Assembly: GCA_964291675.2 (NCBI GenBank)
Contig: OZ219866.1
Location: 2,848,001 to 2,912,000, forward strand
Origin: Alphaproteobacteria bacterium
GTDB taxonomy: Bacteria > Pseudomonadota > Alphaproteobacteria > MPNO01
Length of the DNA: 64,000 nt
Reading direction: 5' to 3'
Part shown: positions 17,814 through 26,356 of the stretch, one piece after another
Layout: each line of letters begins with the position of its first letter
Numbering within the stretch: the stretch's first letter is position 1
Notes under the pieces: model-generated
Database searches by the model: none
Told to the model about the DNA's origin: nothing
Seen by the model: the letters and a program-made list of their open reading frames with translations, nothing else
Translations under genes and position numbers: made by a program

Positions 17814-20012
17814 TCAGTCCTTCGCGTAGGGGCTGGCGACCAGCTCGCCCTCGGCATCGTCGGCGCCGACCGGCGGGGTCGCGACGTAATGCGCCGGCAC
17901 GGCCGCGCCGTTGCCCAGCCGCGCCCGCGCCTGGTCCGGGGTCTCGATCGCGTCCCTGGCGGCGAGCGCCTGCTTGCGGTCGACCATGACGGGCTCGGGC
18001 GAATCGGGCGGCGGCATCATGTTGGCGTGGTAATAGGCCATCTTCTGCTTCGCCGGGTCGAGCTTCTTCGACGGGTCGATGTCGCGCCGGTTGGTCGCCT
18101 TCGGCGCGGTGGCGACGCCGTTCACCACCTCGTGGTCGAACCACCACTTCTTGAGCGGGTTGCGCTTGCCGTTGCCGAGCGCGTCGTCGAGCCAGGCGGC
18201 GACCGGGACCATCAGGGGTTTCAGGAACATCGCGTTGATGCCGAGCCAGCTCGCCATCCGCGTCACCAGCGGGCCGTCCGCGTCCACCACCTTGTTGAGC
18301 GGGCAGGTCTTCATGCAGCGCCCGCAGGCCGAGCCCTTGATGTTGGTCAGCCGGTAGCGGGTGCAGCGCTCGACATCCGGCTTCCACATCTCGTAGCCGT
18401 TGAACATCACCTTGTCGCCCCAGGGGATCGCGTCGCAGGGGCATTCGCGGGCGCATTTGAAGCAATGGCTGCAGAAATACTGGAGCCCGAAATCGATCGG
18501 CCTGTCCGGCACCAGCGGCATGTCGGTGGTCATCACCACGGTCTTGAGCCGGGGGCCGAGGAACGGGTTGAGGATCAGCTCGCCGATCCGTGAGAGCTCG
18601 CCCAGCCCGGCCCAGAGCACCAGCGGGATGTGCAGCACGTCCGAATCGGCGTTGGTCTGCGAGCGCGCCGCGAACCTGTTGGCGCGCAGCAGGTCGGCCA
18701 TCACCGAAGCGATCTCGGCGCCGCGCAGATAGGCGCGCATCGACTGGGCGCCGGATATCCAGTCGTCGCCGCTCGCCCCTTCCATGGTGTCGAAGCCCTG
18801 GTCGATCAGCATGACGACGGCGTATTTGTGGTAGGGCTCGATCGGCTCGCCGTTCTCCTTGTGCGAGTACCAGGCATAGCGCGGCACCTCGCACACCCCG
18901 GCGACATCGGTGCCGAGGAAATAGGCGAGCGACTTGAGCGCCCTGGTATTGGCCTCGGCATCCTGGAAGCGCCCGGTGTCGACCTCCGCCACCTTCCCGT
19001 CCTGGTAGGGCACCATGCTGCGGATCACCTTGAGCTGGCTCAGCGACAGCGGGTGCTTGAAGGAGAACACGCGGCGCGCCATCTGCGCCTTGACCCCGAG
19101 ATCGCCCTGCAAGGCGCGTTCGAAAAAACTCGCCCGCTTGGGGACGCGCGGCACTTCCTCGTCGAGGATCAGCGTGGTCGGCCGGTCGACGCGCTTGACG
19201 GTCTCCATCGCGAAGGGGCCGAGATCGGTGCGCCGCCTGGCGCGCCGGTTGCGCTCGCGCCCCGACCGCGCGCCGCCTTGCCCGAGCCAGTAGCCGAACC
19301 CTCGCGACGCGCCCGCCGCGCCGGCGGCGAGCGGCCTGTCGACCGCCAGCGGGTAGTCGGTCGAGACGACGCAGAGCGAGAACGCCTCGCCCACGAACGG
19401 GTTGACGATGCCCTCGCCCCGCCGCAGCGCGAGCCCGGCGAGCACGGCGAGGCGCTCGGCATCGAGGCGCTCGGCGTCGACGCCGTGCATGTGGGCGCCG
19501 TGGCCCATAACGCGGATGTGGCCGGCGATCAGGGCGGCGATCTCGGCCGCGCGCATCCCGGCGTTGGCGGCGACGGCGGGCAGCATCCACTCGCGCGCGA
19601 GGTTGCCTTCCTCGGCGACGCGCGCGTGCTCGATCAGGATCACGATCGCATGGTCGTGGCCGTCGCAACGCTCGACGCCGGCGAGCCAGGCACTGTCCGG
19701 GATCCGGCAGATGCCCATCTGGCTCGCGTCCATGAAATAGCCGACCCCCTTGATGTCGACCGAGCGCCGTTCGAGGTCGTCGGAGACCGGCGCCTTCTCC
19801 TTCGCCGCCTCGGCGTCGGCGAACTCGGCGTAGAGCCGGGTGAATTTTTCTATCGAGTCGACGAGCTGGCCCGGGGGGCGCTGCCGATCCGGCGGCGCTG
19901 CGGGCGGGCGCGCCGCTTCCCTCTCGATCGCCGAGTCGTCGCGCGGCAGCGTCTCCAGCGGGAAGGGGCCGAAGTGAAACGGTCGGTCGGCGGACCGGGA
20001 TTTGAACAGCAC
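17814..20012 (-). CDS. rdhA: catabolic (cytoplasmic, B12-dependent) reductive dehalogenase, NpRdhA/BhbA-like
   Basis: N-terminus RPFHFGPFPLE; SGDDWISGAQSMRAY; AGLGELSRIGE; GPRLK; Fe-S motifs FCSHCFKCARECP and CGRCMKTCP; no Tat signal. GTG start with GGGGAGA RBS. Confidence 0.92.
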   Translation of the reverse strand: MLFKSRSADRPFHFGPFPLETLPRDDSAIEREAARPPAAPPDRQRPPGQLVDSIEKFTRLYAEFADAEAAKEKAPVSDDLERRSVDIKGVGYFMDASQMGICRIPDSAWLAGVERCDGHDHAIVILIEHARVAEEGNLAREWMLPAVAANAGMRAAEIAALIAGHIRVMGHGAHMHGVDAERLDAERLAVLAGLALRRGEGIVNPFVGEAFSLCVVSTDYPLAVDRPLAAGAAGASRGFGYWLGQGGARSGRERNRRARRRTDLGPFAMETVKRVDRPTTLILDEEVPRVPKRASFFERALQGDLGVKAQMARRVFSFKHPLSLSQLKVIRSMVPYQDGKVAEVDTGRFQDAEANTRALKSLAYFLGTDVAGVCEVPRYAWYSHKENGEPIEPYHKYAVVMLIDQGFDTMEGASGDDWISGAQSMRAYLRGAEIASVMADLLRANRFAARSQTNADSDVLHIPLVLWAGLGELSRIGELILNPFLGPRLKTVVMTTDMPLVPDRPIDFGLQYFCSHCFKCARECPCDAIPWGDKVMFNGYEMWKPDVERCTRYRLTNIKGSACGRCMKTCPLNKVVDADGPLVTRMASWLGINAMFLKPLMVPVAAWLDDALGNGKRNPLKKWWFDHEVVNGVATAPKATNRRDIDPSKKLDPAKQKMAYYHANMMPPPDSPEPVMVDRKQALAARDAIETPDQARARLGNGAAVPAHYVATPPVGADDAEGELVASPYAKD

Positions 20013-20097
20013 GGTCTTCTCCCCTCGGCTTCCGCGATGGCCCCGACGGTTACACGCGCGGCCGCCCGATGCCAAGCCGTTTGGCCGTTCGCTGCCG

Positions 20098-20201
20098 TCC
20101 TTCGATACGCCCCCTTTGGGGGCTACTCAGGATGAGGGGAGGTGGCGAGCCGCCCAACCTACCCCTCATCCCGAGTAAGCGCGCAGCGCCGTATCGAGGG
20201 A
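20098..20201. repeat. inverted REP doublet (GTAG-type); right unit lies inside the 3' end of the Mo-enzyme gene
   Basis: tccttcgatacgccccctttgggggctactcaggatgaggg ... ccctcatcccgagtaagcgcgcagcgccgtatcgaggga. Confidence 0.9.
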
Positions 20202-22531
20202 CGCGCCGCCCGGATCGCGCTCCAGACCCGGAACGGGGTCGCCGGCATGGTGAGGTCGGCGACGCCGAGCGGGCGCAGCGCATCGAGGATCGCGTTGACG
20301 ATCGCCGCGAGCGCGGGCGTGGTGCCGCCCTCGCCGCCGGCCTTGACGCCGAGCGGGTTGGTCGGCGAAGGGACCTCGTTGAGCGCGGTGTCGAAGAACG
20401 GAAACGCATCGGCGCGCGGCAGGGCGTAGTCCATGAACGAGCCGGCCAGCGGCTGTCCGCTCCCGGGATCGTTGACGCAGACCTCCCACATCGCCTGGCC
20501 CACCCCCTGGACGATGCCGCCATGCGTCTGCCCGTCGACGATCAGCGGGTTGATCGCGCGTCCCACGTCGTCGACCGCGGCGTAGCGGAGGATGTCGACC
20601 GCGCCGGTCTCGGGATCGACCTCGACCTCGCAGACATGGCAGCCATTGGGGAAGACCGGGGTATGCATCTCGATATCGCCCACCGCGCGAAGCTCGCCGC
20701 CATCGGCATGTTGCGCGACCTCGTAGAGCGCGGCCTGGCGGTCGGTGCCGGCGACCGCGAAGCGGCCCGCGGCGAAGGCGATGTCGATTTCCGCCGCTTC
20801 GAGCAGCGCGGCGGCCACGGGCCTCGCTTCCTCGATCAGCGCATCGACCGCCTTGACCATCGCGGTTCCCGCCAGACGCATCGAACGGCCGGAATGCGAC
20901 CCGCCGCCGACAAGCACGACATCGGTGTCCCCCATGACGATCCGGACGTCGTCGACATCGACGCCGAGCCCGTCCGCCGCCACCTGGGCGAAGCTGGTCT
21001 CGTGGCCCTGCCCGCTCGGCTGGGTGCCGATCGTCACCTCGACCCGGCCTTCGCGGCCGATGACGCGCAGCCGCGCCTGCTCGACCGGCGTGCCGATGGA
21101 GGATTCGACGTAGTGGGCCAAGCCGCGCCCGAGCAGCCGTGCGCGGCCCGCGGCTTCCTCCCGCCGCGCCGCGAACCCGCCCGGGTCCGACAGGCCGAGC
21201 GCCATGTCGAGGCTCTTCTCGTACTCGCCGCTGTCATAGGTCATGCCGACCGGGTTGCGGTAGGGCATCTCGTCCGGCGCGACCAGGTTGCGGCGCCTGA
21301 GCTCGACGGCGTCGATGCCGAGCTCCTCGGCCGCTTCCTCGATCAGCCGCTCTATGGCGAAGATGCATTCCGGCCGGCCCGAGCTGCGATAGGCGTTGGT
21401 CGGCGGTGTGTTGGAGAACGTCGCGCGCGAGCGCAGCCGGGCCGCCGGCACGCGGTAGGAGCCGGTCACGATGCCCGAGCCCTTGGACAGCGGCGACAGC
21501 GAGACGCAGCGCGCGCCGACATTGCTCAGATTCTCCGCGCGCAAGCCCAGGATCCCGCCGTCCGCGTCGAAGGCGAGCGCGACCTCCGTCACCAGGTCGC
21601 GGCCCTGGTAGTCGCTGACCAGGGCCTCGCCGCGCTCGACGGTGCACTTCACCGGCCGGCCCAGCCTGCGCGCCGCCCAGGCGACCAGCGGGAACTCGAC
21701 ATAGCAGCGGTTGCGGGTGCCGAAATTGCCGCCCACGTCGTAGGCGCGGACCCGCACCCGGTCCGCATCCACGCCGAGCACGGCGGCGATCTCGCGCTTC
21801 TGGCGCACCGCGCCGCCGCTCCCGGCATGGATGGTGTAGCGCCCGGTCTCCGGGTCGTAGCTTCCCAGCGCCGAACGGGGCTCCAGCGGGCAGCCGGTCA
21901 CCCGGGGGACGACGAAGCGGCGGCTCGCGACATGCGCGGCCTGGGCGAAGGCAGCCTCCGTCGCCGCCGCGTCGCCGAAGAAGGTCTCGACCAGGATGTT
22001 GTCCGGCCGCTCGTCCCAGATCCGCGGCGCACCGGGGGCGGCCGCTGCGCTTGTGTCGGCGACCGCCGGCAGCGGCTCGTAGTCGACGAACACGGCTTCG
22101 GCGGCGTCCTGCGCCTGGGCACGGGTCCCGGCGACGACCATGGCGATGGCTTCGCCGACATGGCGCGCCTTGTCGACCGGCAGCAGCGCGTGGTCGCCGA
22201 TAAAGACCTCGGTACCGCCCGGGCCGTGCAGCTTGAGATCGAACCGGGTCTTGGGCAGCGGGCTGTGGTCGAGCGGGCCGAGCCCGTCCGCCGCGCAATC
22301 GGCACCCGTCAGGACGGCGAGCACGCCCGGCAGGGCCAGCGCCGCCGCCTTGTCGACCGACCGGATGAGCGCATGCGGATGCGGCGAACGCACCATGACC
22401 GCCCAGGCCTGGCCGGGCAGGGAGAAGTCGTCGCTGAACCGGCCTTGCCCGGTGAGCAGGCGCGAGTCTTCCCTGCGCCGGACCGGCCGGCCGATATTCC
22501 CGAACGGTTCGATGGGACGCCCGCGGTTCAG
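20159..22531 (-). CDS. xanthine dehydrogenase family molybdopterin-binding large subunit (CoxL-like, not a form I CO dehydrogenase); start codon uncertain
   Basis: RREDSRLLTGQGRFSDD, VRSPHPHA, VGGNFG, AYRSSGRPE, GQGHET, DGQTHGGIVQG, GVKAGGEG. Confidence 0.9.
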   Translation of the reverse strand: MNRGRPIEPFGNIGRPVRRREDSRLLTGQGRFSDDFSLPGQAWAVMVRSPHPHALIRSVDKAAALALPGVLAVLTGADCAADGLGPLDHSPLPKTRFDLKLHGPGGTEVFIGDHALLPVDKARHVGEAIAMVVAGTRAQAQDAAEAVFVDYEPLPAVADTSAAAAPGAPRIWDERPDNILVETFFGDAAATEAAFAQAAHVASRRFVVPRVTGCPLEPRSALGSYDPETGRYTIHAGSGGAVRQKREIAAVLGVDADRVRVRAYDVGGNFGTRNRCYVEFPLVAWAARRLGRPVKCTVERGEALVSDYQGRDLVTEVALAFDADGGILGLRAENLSNVGARCVSLSPLSKGSGIVTGSYRVPAARLRSRATFSNTPPTNAYRSSGRPECIFAIERLIEEAAEELGIDAVELRRRNLVAPDEMPYRNPVGMTYDSGEYEKSLDMALGLSDPGGFAARREEAAGRARLLGRGLAHYVESSIGTPVEQARLRVIGREGRVEVTIGTQPSGQGHETSFAQVAADGLGVDVDDVRIVMGDTDVVLVGGGSHSGRSMRLAGTAMVKAVDALIEEARPVAAALLEAAEIDIAFAAGRFAVAGTDRQAALYEVAQHADGGELRAVGDIEMHTPVFPNGCHVCEVEVDPETGAVDILRYAAVDDVGRAINPLIVDGQTHGGIVQGVGQAMWEVCVNDPGSGQPLAGSFMDYALPRADAFPFFDTALNEVPSPTNPLGVKAGGEGGTTPALAAIVNAILDALRPLGVADLTMPATPFRVWSAIRAARPSIRRCALTRDEG

Positions 22532-23862
22532 TTGAGCTCGGCGACACGCTCCCGCGTGTAGATGTCGTTCCACTGCCGGTAGGAGTATTCCCACTGGTAG
22601 CCCGACGCGCGCGGCTCGGGCGCGAGGTCGACCGGCTCGCCGCCGCGATAGACCGCCTTGATGGCCTCGCGGTTCTGCAGGATGGCGATGTCGTCCAGCG
22701 GATCGCCGGCGATGACCGTGATGTCGGCAAACGCGCCCTCGGCGAGGCGGCCGACATCGTCCTTCTCGCGCAGCAGCGCCGAGTTCCCGCTGGTCGTCGC
22801 CTTGAGCGCCTCGCCCGGGGTGAAGCCGAGATCGTCGACCATGAGCTCCAGCTCCTTGGCGTGCCACTCGCCGTAGGGCGTGATGGCGAAGCCCGAATCG
22901 GTCCCCACCATGAAGGGCACGCCCTGCTCGCGCGCCTTGATCAGCATCTCGCAGGCGTCGTCGATGACCCGGCGGTTCTGGTTGGGCCGCCACTTGAAGC
23001 AGGGGTCGGACGGGCGGGTGAACTCGACCGTGTTGGCGACGAAGGTGAGCGCGGGCGACAGGATCGAGCCGTTCTCCAGCACCGCGTCCAGCCCCTCCTC
23101 GTCCATCTCGAAGGCGTGGAAGATCACGTCGACCCCGGCGCGGGCCGAGGTCAGCACCGCCTCGCGGCCGCGCGCATGGGTGATGACCTTGCGCCCGAGC
23201 CGGTGGCTCTCCTCGACCATCGCGTCCATCTCGCGCTGGTTGAAGCAGGCCATCAGCTCGCCGTCCGAATCCTTGCGGTGCAGCCCGTCGAGCGCGATCT
23301 TGACGAAATCCACCCGGTCCTTGACCTGCATGCGGATCTCCTCGATCGCCTCGTCGGTATTGCGCACCAGCACGCCGACCGAGCTCTCCGGCACGCCGAT
23401 CCAGGTCGGATACCAGTCGGCGAGCCCCTGGCGCGCGGTGATCTGGCGCCCCGAGGTGGTGATCCGCGGCCCGTCGAACATGCCGGCGTTGATCGCATCG
23501 CGCACGCCGACCGTGGTGCGCCCGGTCGAGGCCGGGTCGGCGATCGAGGTGTAGCCTGCCTTCATCACCGTCTGCGCCGCCCGCAGCGCGCGCAGCGCCC
23601 GGTACTCGGGCGGCGAGAAGATGTCGATGTCCTCGTTCGCCTGGGCGTCGCCGTAGCTCAGATGGACATGGATGTCGATCAGCCCGGGCATGACGAAGCA
23701 GCCGCTGTGGTCGATCACCGGCTCGCCCGGGCGCTGGTCCGGCGCCTCCGCCGACGGCCCGACATAGGCGATCCGGTCGTCGTCGACGACGATGGTCCGG
23801 TCCCTCTTCGCGGTCTCGCCGAGACCGTCGAACAGCGACCCGCAGATCAGGTGCTTGCGCAT
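22528..23862 (-). CDS. metal-dependent amidohydrolase (prolidase-like subfamily)
   Basis: MPGLIDIHVHL, DFVKI, THARG, VGTDSG, GRLAEGAFAD. Confidence 0.92.
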   Translation of the reverse strand: MRKHLICGSLFDGLGETAKRDRTIVVDDDRIAYVGPSAEAPDQRPGEPVIDHSGCFVMPGLIDIHVHLSYGDAQANEDIDIFSPPEYRALRALRAAQTVMKAGYTSIADPASTGRTTVGVRDAINAGMFDGPRITTSGRQITARQGLADWYPTWIGVPESSVGVLVRNTDEAIEEIRMQVKDRVDFVKIALDGLHRKDSDGELMACFNQREMDAMVEESHRLGRKVITHARGREAVLTSARAGVDVIFHAFEMDEEGLDAVLENGSILSPALTFVANTVEFTRPSDPCFKWRPNQNRRVIDDACEMLIKAREQGVPFMVGTDSGFAITPYGEWHAKELELMVDDLGFTPGEALKATTSGNSALLREKDDVGRLAEGAFADITVIAGDPLDDIAILQNREAIKAVYRGGEPVDLAPEPRASGYQWEYSYRQWNDIYTRERVAELN

Positions 23863-23890
23863 GTCTTCCTCCGTACCCGCCGGCCCGCGC

Positions 23891-24361
23891 TCAGATCGGG
23901 ATCGCGATCAGGTTGTTGATCATGCCGTGATCGCAGACGACGACGCGTTCCCGGAACCGGGCGCTCCCGTCCTCGACCACGATAACGTCACGATACGCGC
24001 CGGTCGAGAACACCGCCATGGTTCCGTCGCGCATCGTCCGCGTCACCAGGTAGTTCGACCGTGCCCGGACCTCCGCCCCGTCCGATGCGAGGATGCGGAT
24101 CGCGCTCACCATGTGGCGGTAGCGGTGCGGCTCGAACACGTTGGCATGGCGCACCGAGACCACCCGGTCGAGCAGCATCGCGCGGGAGTCGCACCAGACC
24201 AGCGAGGCGGGCAGGCCGCGCTCCTCGTTGTCGCGCGTGGCGATGCGGTAGAGGCAGGGATCGGTGAACAGGCCGGGCCAGTCCTCCAGCCGGTCGTCGT
24301 CGATGGCATGCACGTACTCCGTCATCAGCGCGGCGACCGCCGCCGGGACACGCCCCGCCAT
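23891..24361 (-). CDS. ring-hydroxylating oxygenase beta subunit (anthranilate/salicylate type)
   Basis: YVHAIDDDRLEDWPGLF, ANVFEPHRYRH; TGATG coupling with the alpha subunit. Confidence 0.92.
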   Translation of the reverse strand: MAGRVPAAVAALMTEYVHAIDDDRLEDWPGLFTDPCLYRIATRDNEERGLPASLVWCDSRAMLLDRVVSVRHANVFEPHRYRHMVSAIRILASDGAEVRARSNYLVTRTMRDGTMAVFSTGAYRDVIVVEDGSARFRERVVVCDHGMINNLIAIPI

Positions 24362-25608
24362 CAGACGCCCATCAGCGCGCGATAGGCGGTCCAGAAGCCG
24401 CGCACGCCGCATTCCGAGGCGCGGCTGTTGAAGATCGACTCGACCGAGCGGCCGGCCATCTCCATCACCGAGGCCTTGTCCTTGTCGCCCTCGATCCCCT
24501 TCTGGACCAGCGAGCCGACCATCCCGTCCTCCAGCGAGATATAGCCCGACGGGCCGATCAGATTGCCCTGCTTGAGCCGGATTTCGGTCTGCCGGTCGTC
24601 GTCGTCCGCGTAGCCGAGCACGGTCCACACCAGCTCCGAGCCTTCCGGCCCGCGCGGCACCAAATAGCGGGTGGCGATGGTGTTGTGGATCTGCTGCAGG
24701 ACGAAGTTGGGAAAGGCGGTCTGGATCGCGGTGGTGATGCCGTCGCCGAACTCGTCCCACTGCTCGATCACCGAGGGGTCGTGCAGCCCGAACTCGTCGA
24801 AATTGCCGCCGCCGCTGCGGAACGCCCCGGTCTCGTAGACCTCGCCCTCCCTGTCGGTCGCCATCTTGGACCAGCTCAAATGGTGCCAGCCGTCGTCGCT
24901 CATCTCGATCGCGCCCACCATGGTGAAGCGGTTGAGCTTCAGCCGGGTCGCCCAGGCATGCAGGATGGTCGCGTGGTAGGGGTCGGTCGCGTTCTCGAAA
25001 TAGAGCTTCCAGTTGGAATCGAGATACTGGCTGTAATAGCCGAGCACCCTGAAGGGGCGCTGCGTCATGCGCCGGTAGTTGGGCATCAGCCGCTCGCCGA
25101 TATAGGCCTCCAGCGGCGGGGTTGCGTCCGAGAACGTGCCGAACACGATGCCGCCCAGCGATTCCACGCGCAGCCGGTCGAGACCGTTCTCCGCCATGTC
25201 GAACGAGGCCGGCATGCCGCCTTTGCCGTTGATGCCCCTGGCGAAGGGCACGCTTTTCAGGCAGCCGTCGAGGTCGTAGGCCCAGTTGTGGTAGATGCAC
25301 ATCAGCCGCTCGATGCGCCCGAAGGGCTCGAACAGCAGCATCGTCCCCTTGTGGGCGCAGCGGTTGACCAGCGCGTTGATCCCGCCGTCGGGGCTCCTGA
25401 GCACGATCACCGGCGTGTCGCCGACATCGATCAGCCGGTAGCAGCCGGGCTCCGGCAGCTCCGCCTCCAGCCCGAGATAGTGCCAGACCGGCCCGCGGAA
25501 GATGCGCCGCATCTCGGCCGCGTAGATCGCGGGGTCGGAGAACACCGCATAGGGCGCCCGGGCGACGCCTTCCTCCGGCCAGTCGATCAGGGTTCCGGTC
25601 TCGGCCAT
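24361..25608 (-). CDS. Rieske ring-hydroxylating oxygenase alpha subunit (AndAc/NagG/TphA-like group)
   Basis: NRCAHKG...CIYHNW Rieske motif; DPYHATILH iron site; QGNLIGPSGYISLEDG. Confidence 0.93.
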   Translation of the reverse strand: MAETGTLIDWPEEGVARAPYAVFSDPAIYAAEMRRIFRGPVWHYLGLEAELPEPGCYRLIDVGDTPVIVLRSPDGGINALVNRCAHKGTMLLFEPFGRIERLMCIYHNWAYDLDGCLKSVPFARGINGKGGMPASFDMAENGLDRLRVESLGGIVFGTFSDATPPLEAYIGERLMPNYRRMTQRPFRVLGYYSQYLDSNWKLYFENATDPYHATILHAWATRLKLNRFTMVGAIEMSDDGWHHLSWSKMATDREGEVYETGAFRSGGGNFDEFGLHDPSVIEQWDEFGDGITTAIQTAFPNFVLQQIHNTIATRYLVPRGPEGSELVWTVLGYADDDDRQTEIRLKQGNLIGPSGYISLEDGMVGSLVQKGIEGDKDKASVMEMAGRSVESIFNSRASECGVRGFWTAYRALMGV

Positions 25609-25637
25609 GTCAGCGGTCCTTTCCCCGTCCCGCGGGC

Positions 25638-25922
25638 TCATCCGTCCGCCTGCACCAGGCCCACCGTCAGCCGGGTACCGGTCGCTTCGGCGTAGCGGCG
25701 CAGGGTGGCGAAGGACGGCGACACCCGGCCGCCCTCCAGCCGCGCGATGGCGGACTGGGTCGTACCGAGGCGCTCGGCGAGCTCGGCTTGCGTCAACTTC
25801 GCCGCCGCGCGGGCCCGCACCAGCGCCTCGATCAGCGCGAACTCGTCATCCGCCCGCGCGTACTCCTGGCGGAAATCCGGATCCTCCATAAGGCGTTCCT
25901 TCAGATCCCTGAGCCTCGTCAT
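25638..25922 (-). CDS. XRE-family HTH antitoxin (HigA-like)
   Basis: LTQAELAERLGTTQSAIARLEGG; TGATG coupled to the toxin. Confidence 0.92.
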   Translation of the reverse strand: MTRLRDLKERLMEDPDFRQEYARADDEFALIEALVRARAAAKLTQAELAERLGTTQSAIARLEGGRVSPSFATLRRYAEATGTRLTVGLVQADG

Positions 25923-26242
25923 CACCTCACCTGCTTCATCCGTTCCCTGGCGGTCGCGAGCGCCCGGCGCGGCGTCTTCCGGGACTTCTTCACGAAAACA
26001 TGCAGGACCACGACGCGTCGCCCTGTCGCCGTCACATAGATGCCCCTCGCGATGCCTTCTTCCGCCCTGACACGGAGTTCCCAAAGCTTGCCGTCGATGT
26101 GCCTGACATGCGGTTCGCGAAGGGCCTCCAAACCGACATTCTCCACCGCCTCCAGAAGACGCACCAGCCGCGCGCGAAGCTTTGCCGGCAGGGCCATGAT
26201 TTCGGAATCGGCGGCGGAGACGGTTTCGACCGTCCATTCCAT
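25922..26242 (-). CDS. RelE/HigB-family toxin (Gp49-like)
   Basis: EPHVRHIDGKLWELRV, LHVFVKKSRKTP. Confidence 0.92.
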   Translation of the reverse strand: MEWTVETVSAADSEIMALPAKLRARLVRLLEAVENVGLEALREPHVRHIDGKLWELRVRAEEGIARGIYVTATGRRVVVLHVFVKKSRKTPRRALATARERMKQVR

Positions 26243-26243
26243 A

Positions 26244-26278
26244 ACAGCAATATAGCGTATCCGCTATATTGCTGTCAA
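26244..26278 (-). promoter_or_regulatory. sigma70 promoter with operator palindrome for the TA operon (leaderless)
   Basis: Minus strand TTGACA-N18-TATATT-N6-ATG; perfect 14-bp inverted repeat acagcaatatagcg-tatc-cgctatattgctgt (26244-26275). Confidence 0.85.
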
Positions 26279-26356
26279 GCGACCGGGAGTTCCGTTCGCC
26301 GCCGGCTTCGTCCCGTGCTAGGGTCTGGCGTTCGGATTGAAACTACCCCGGCCCCC

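Noticed and set aside
20159-22531. Aerobic CO dehydrogenase (coxL)
   Set aside because: It lacks the AYxCSFR motif, and no coxM, coxS or accessory genes are adjacent.
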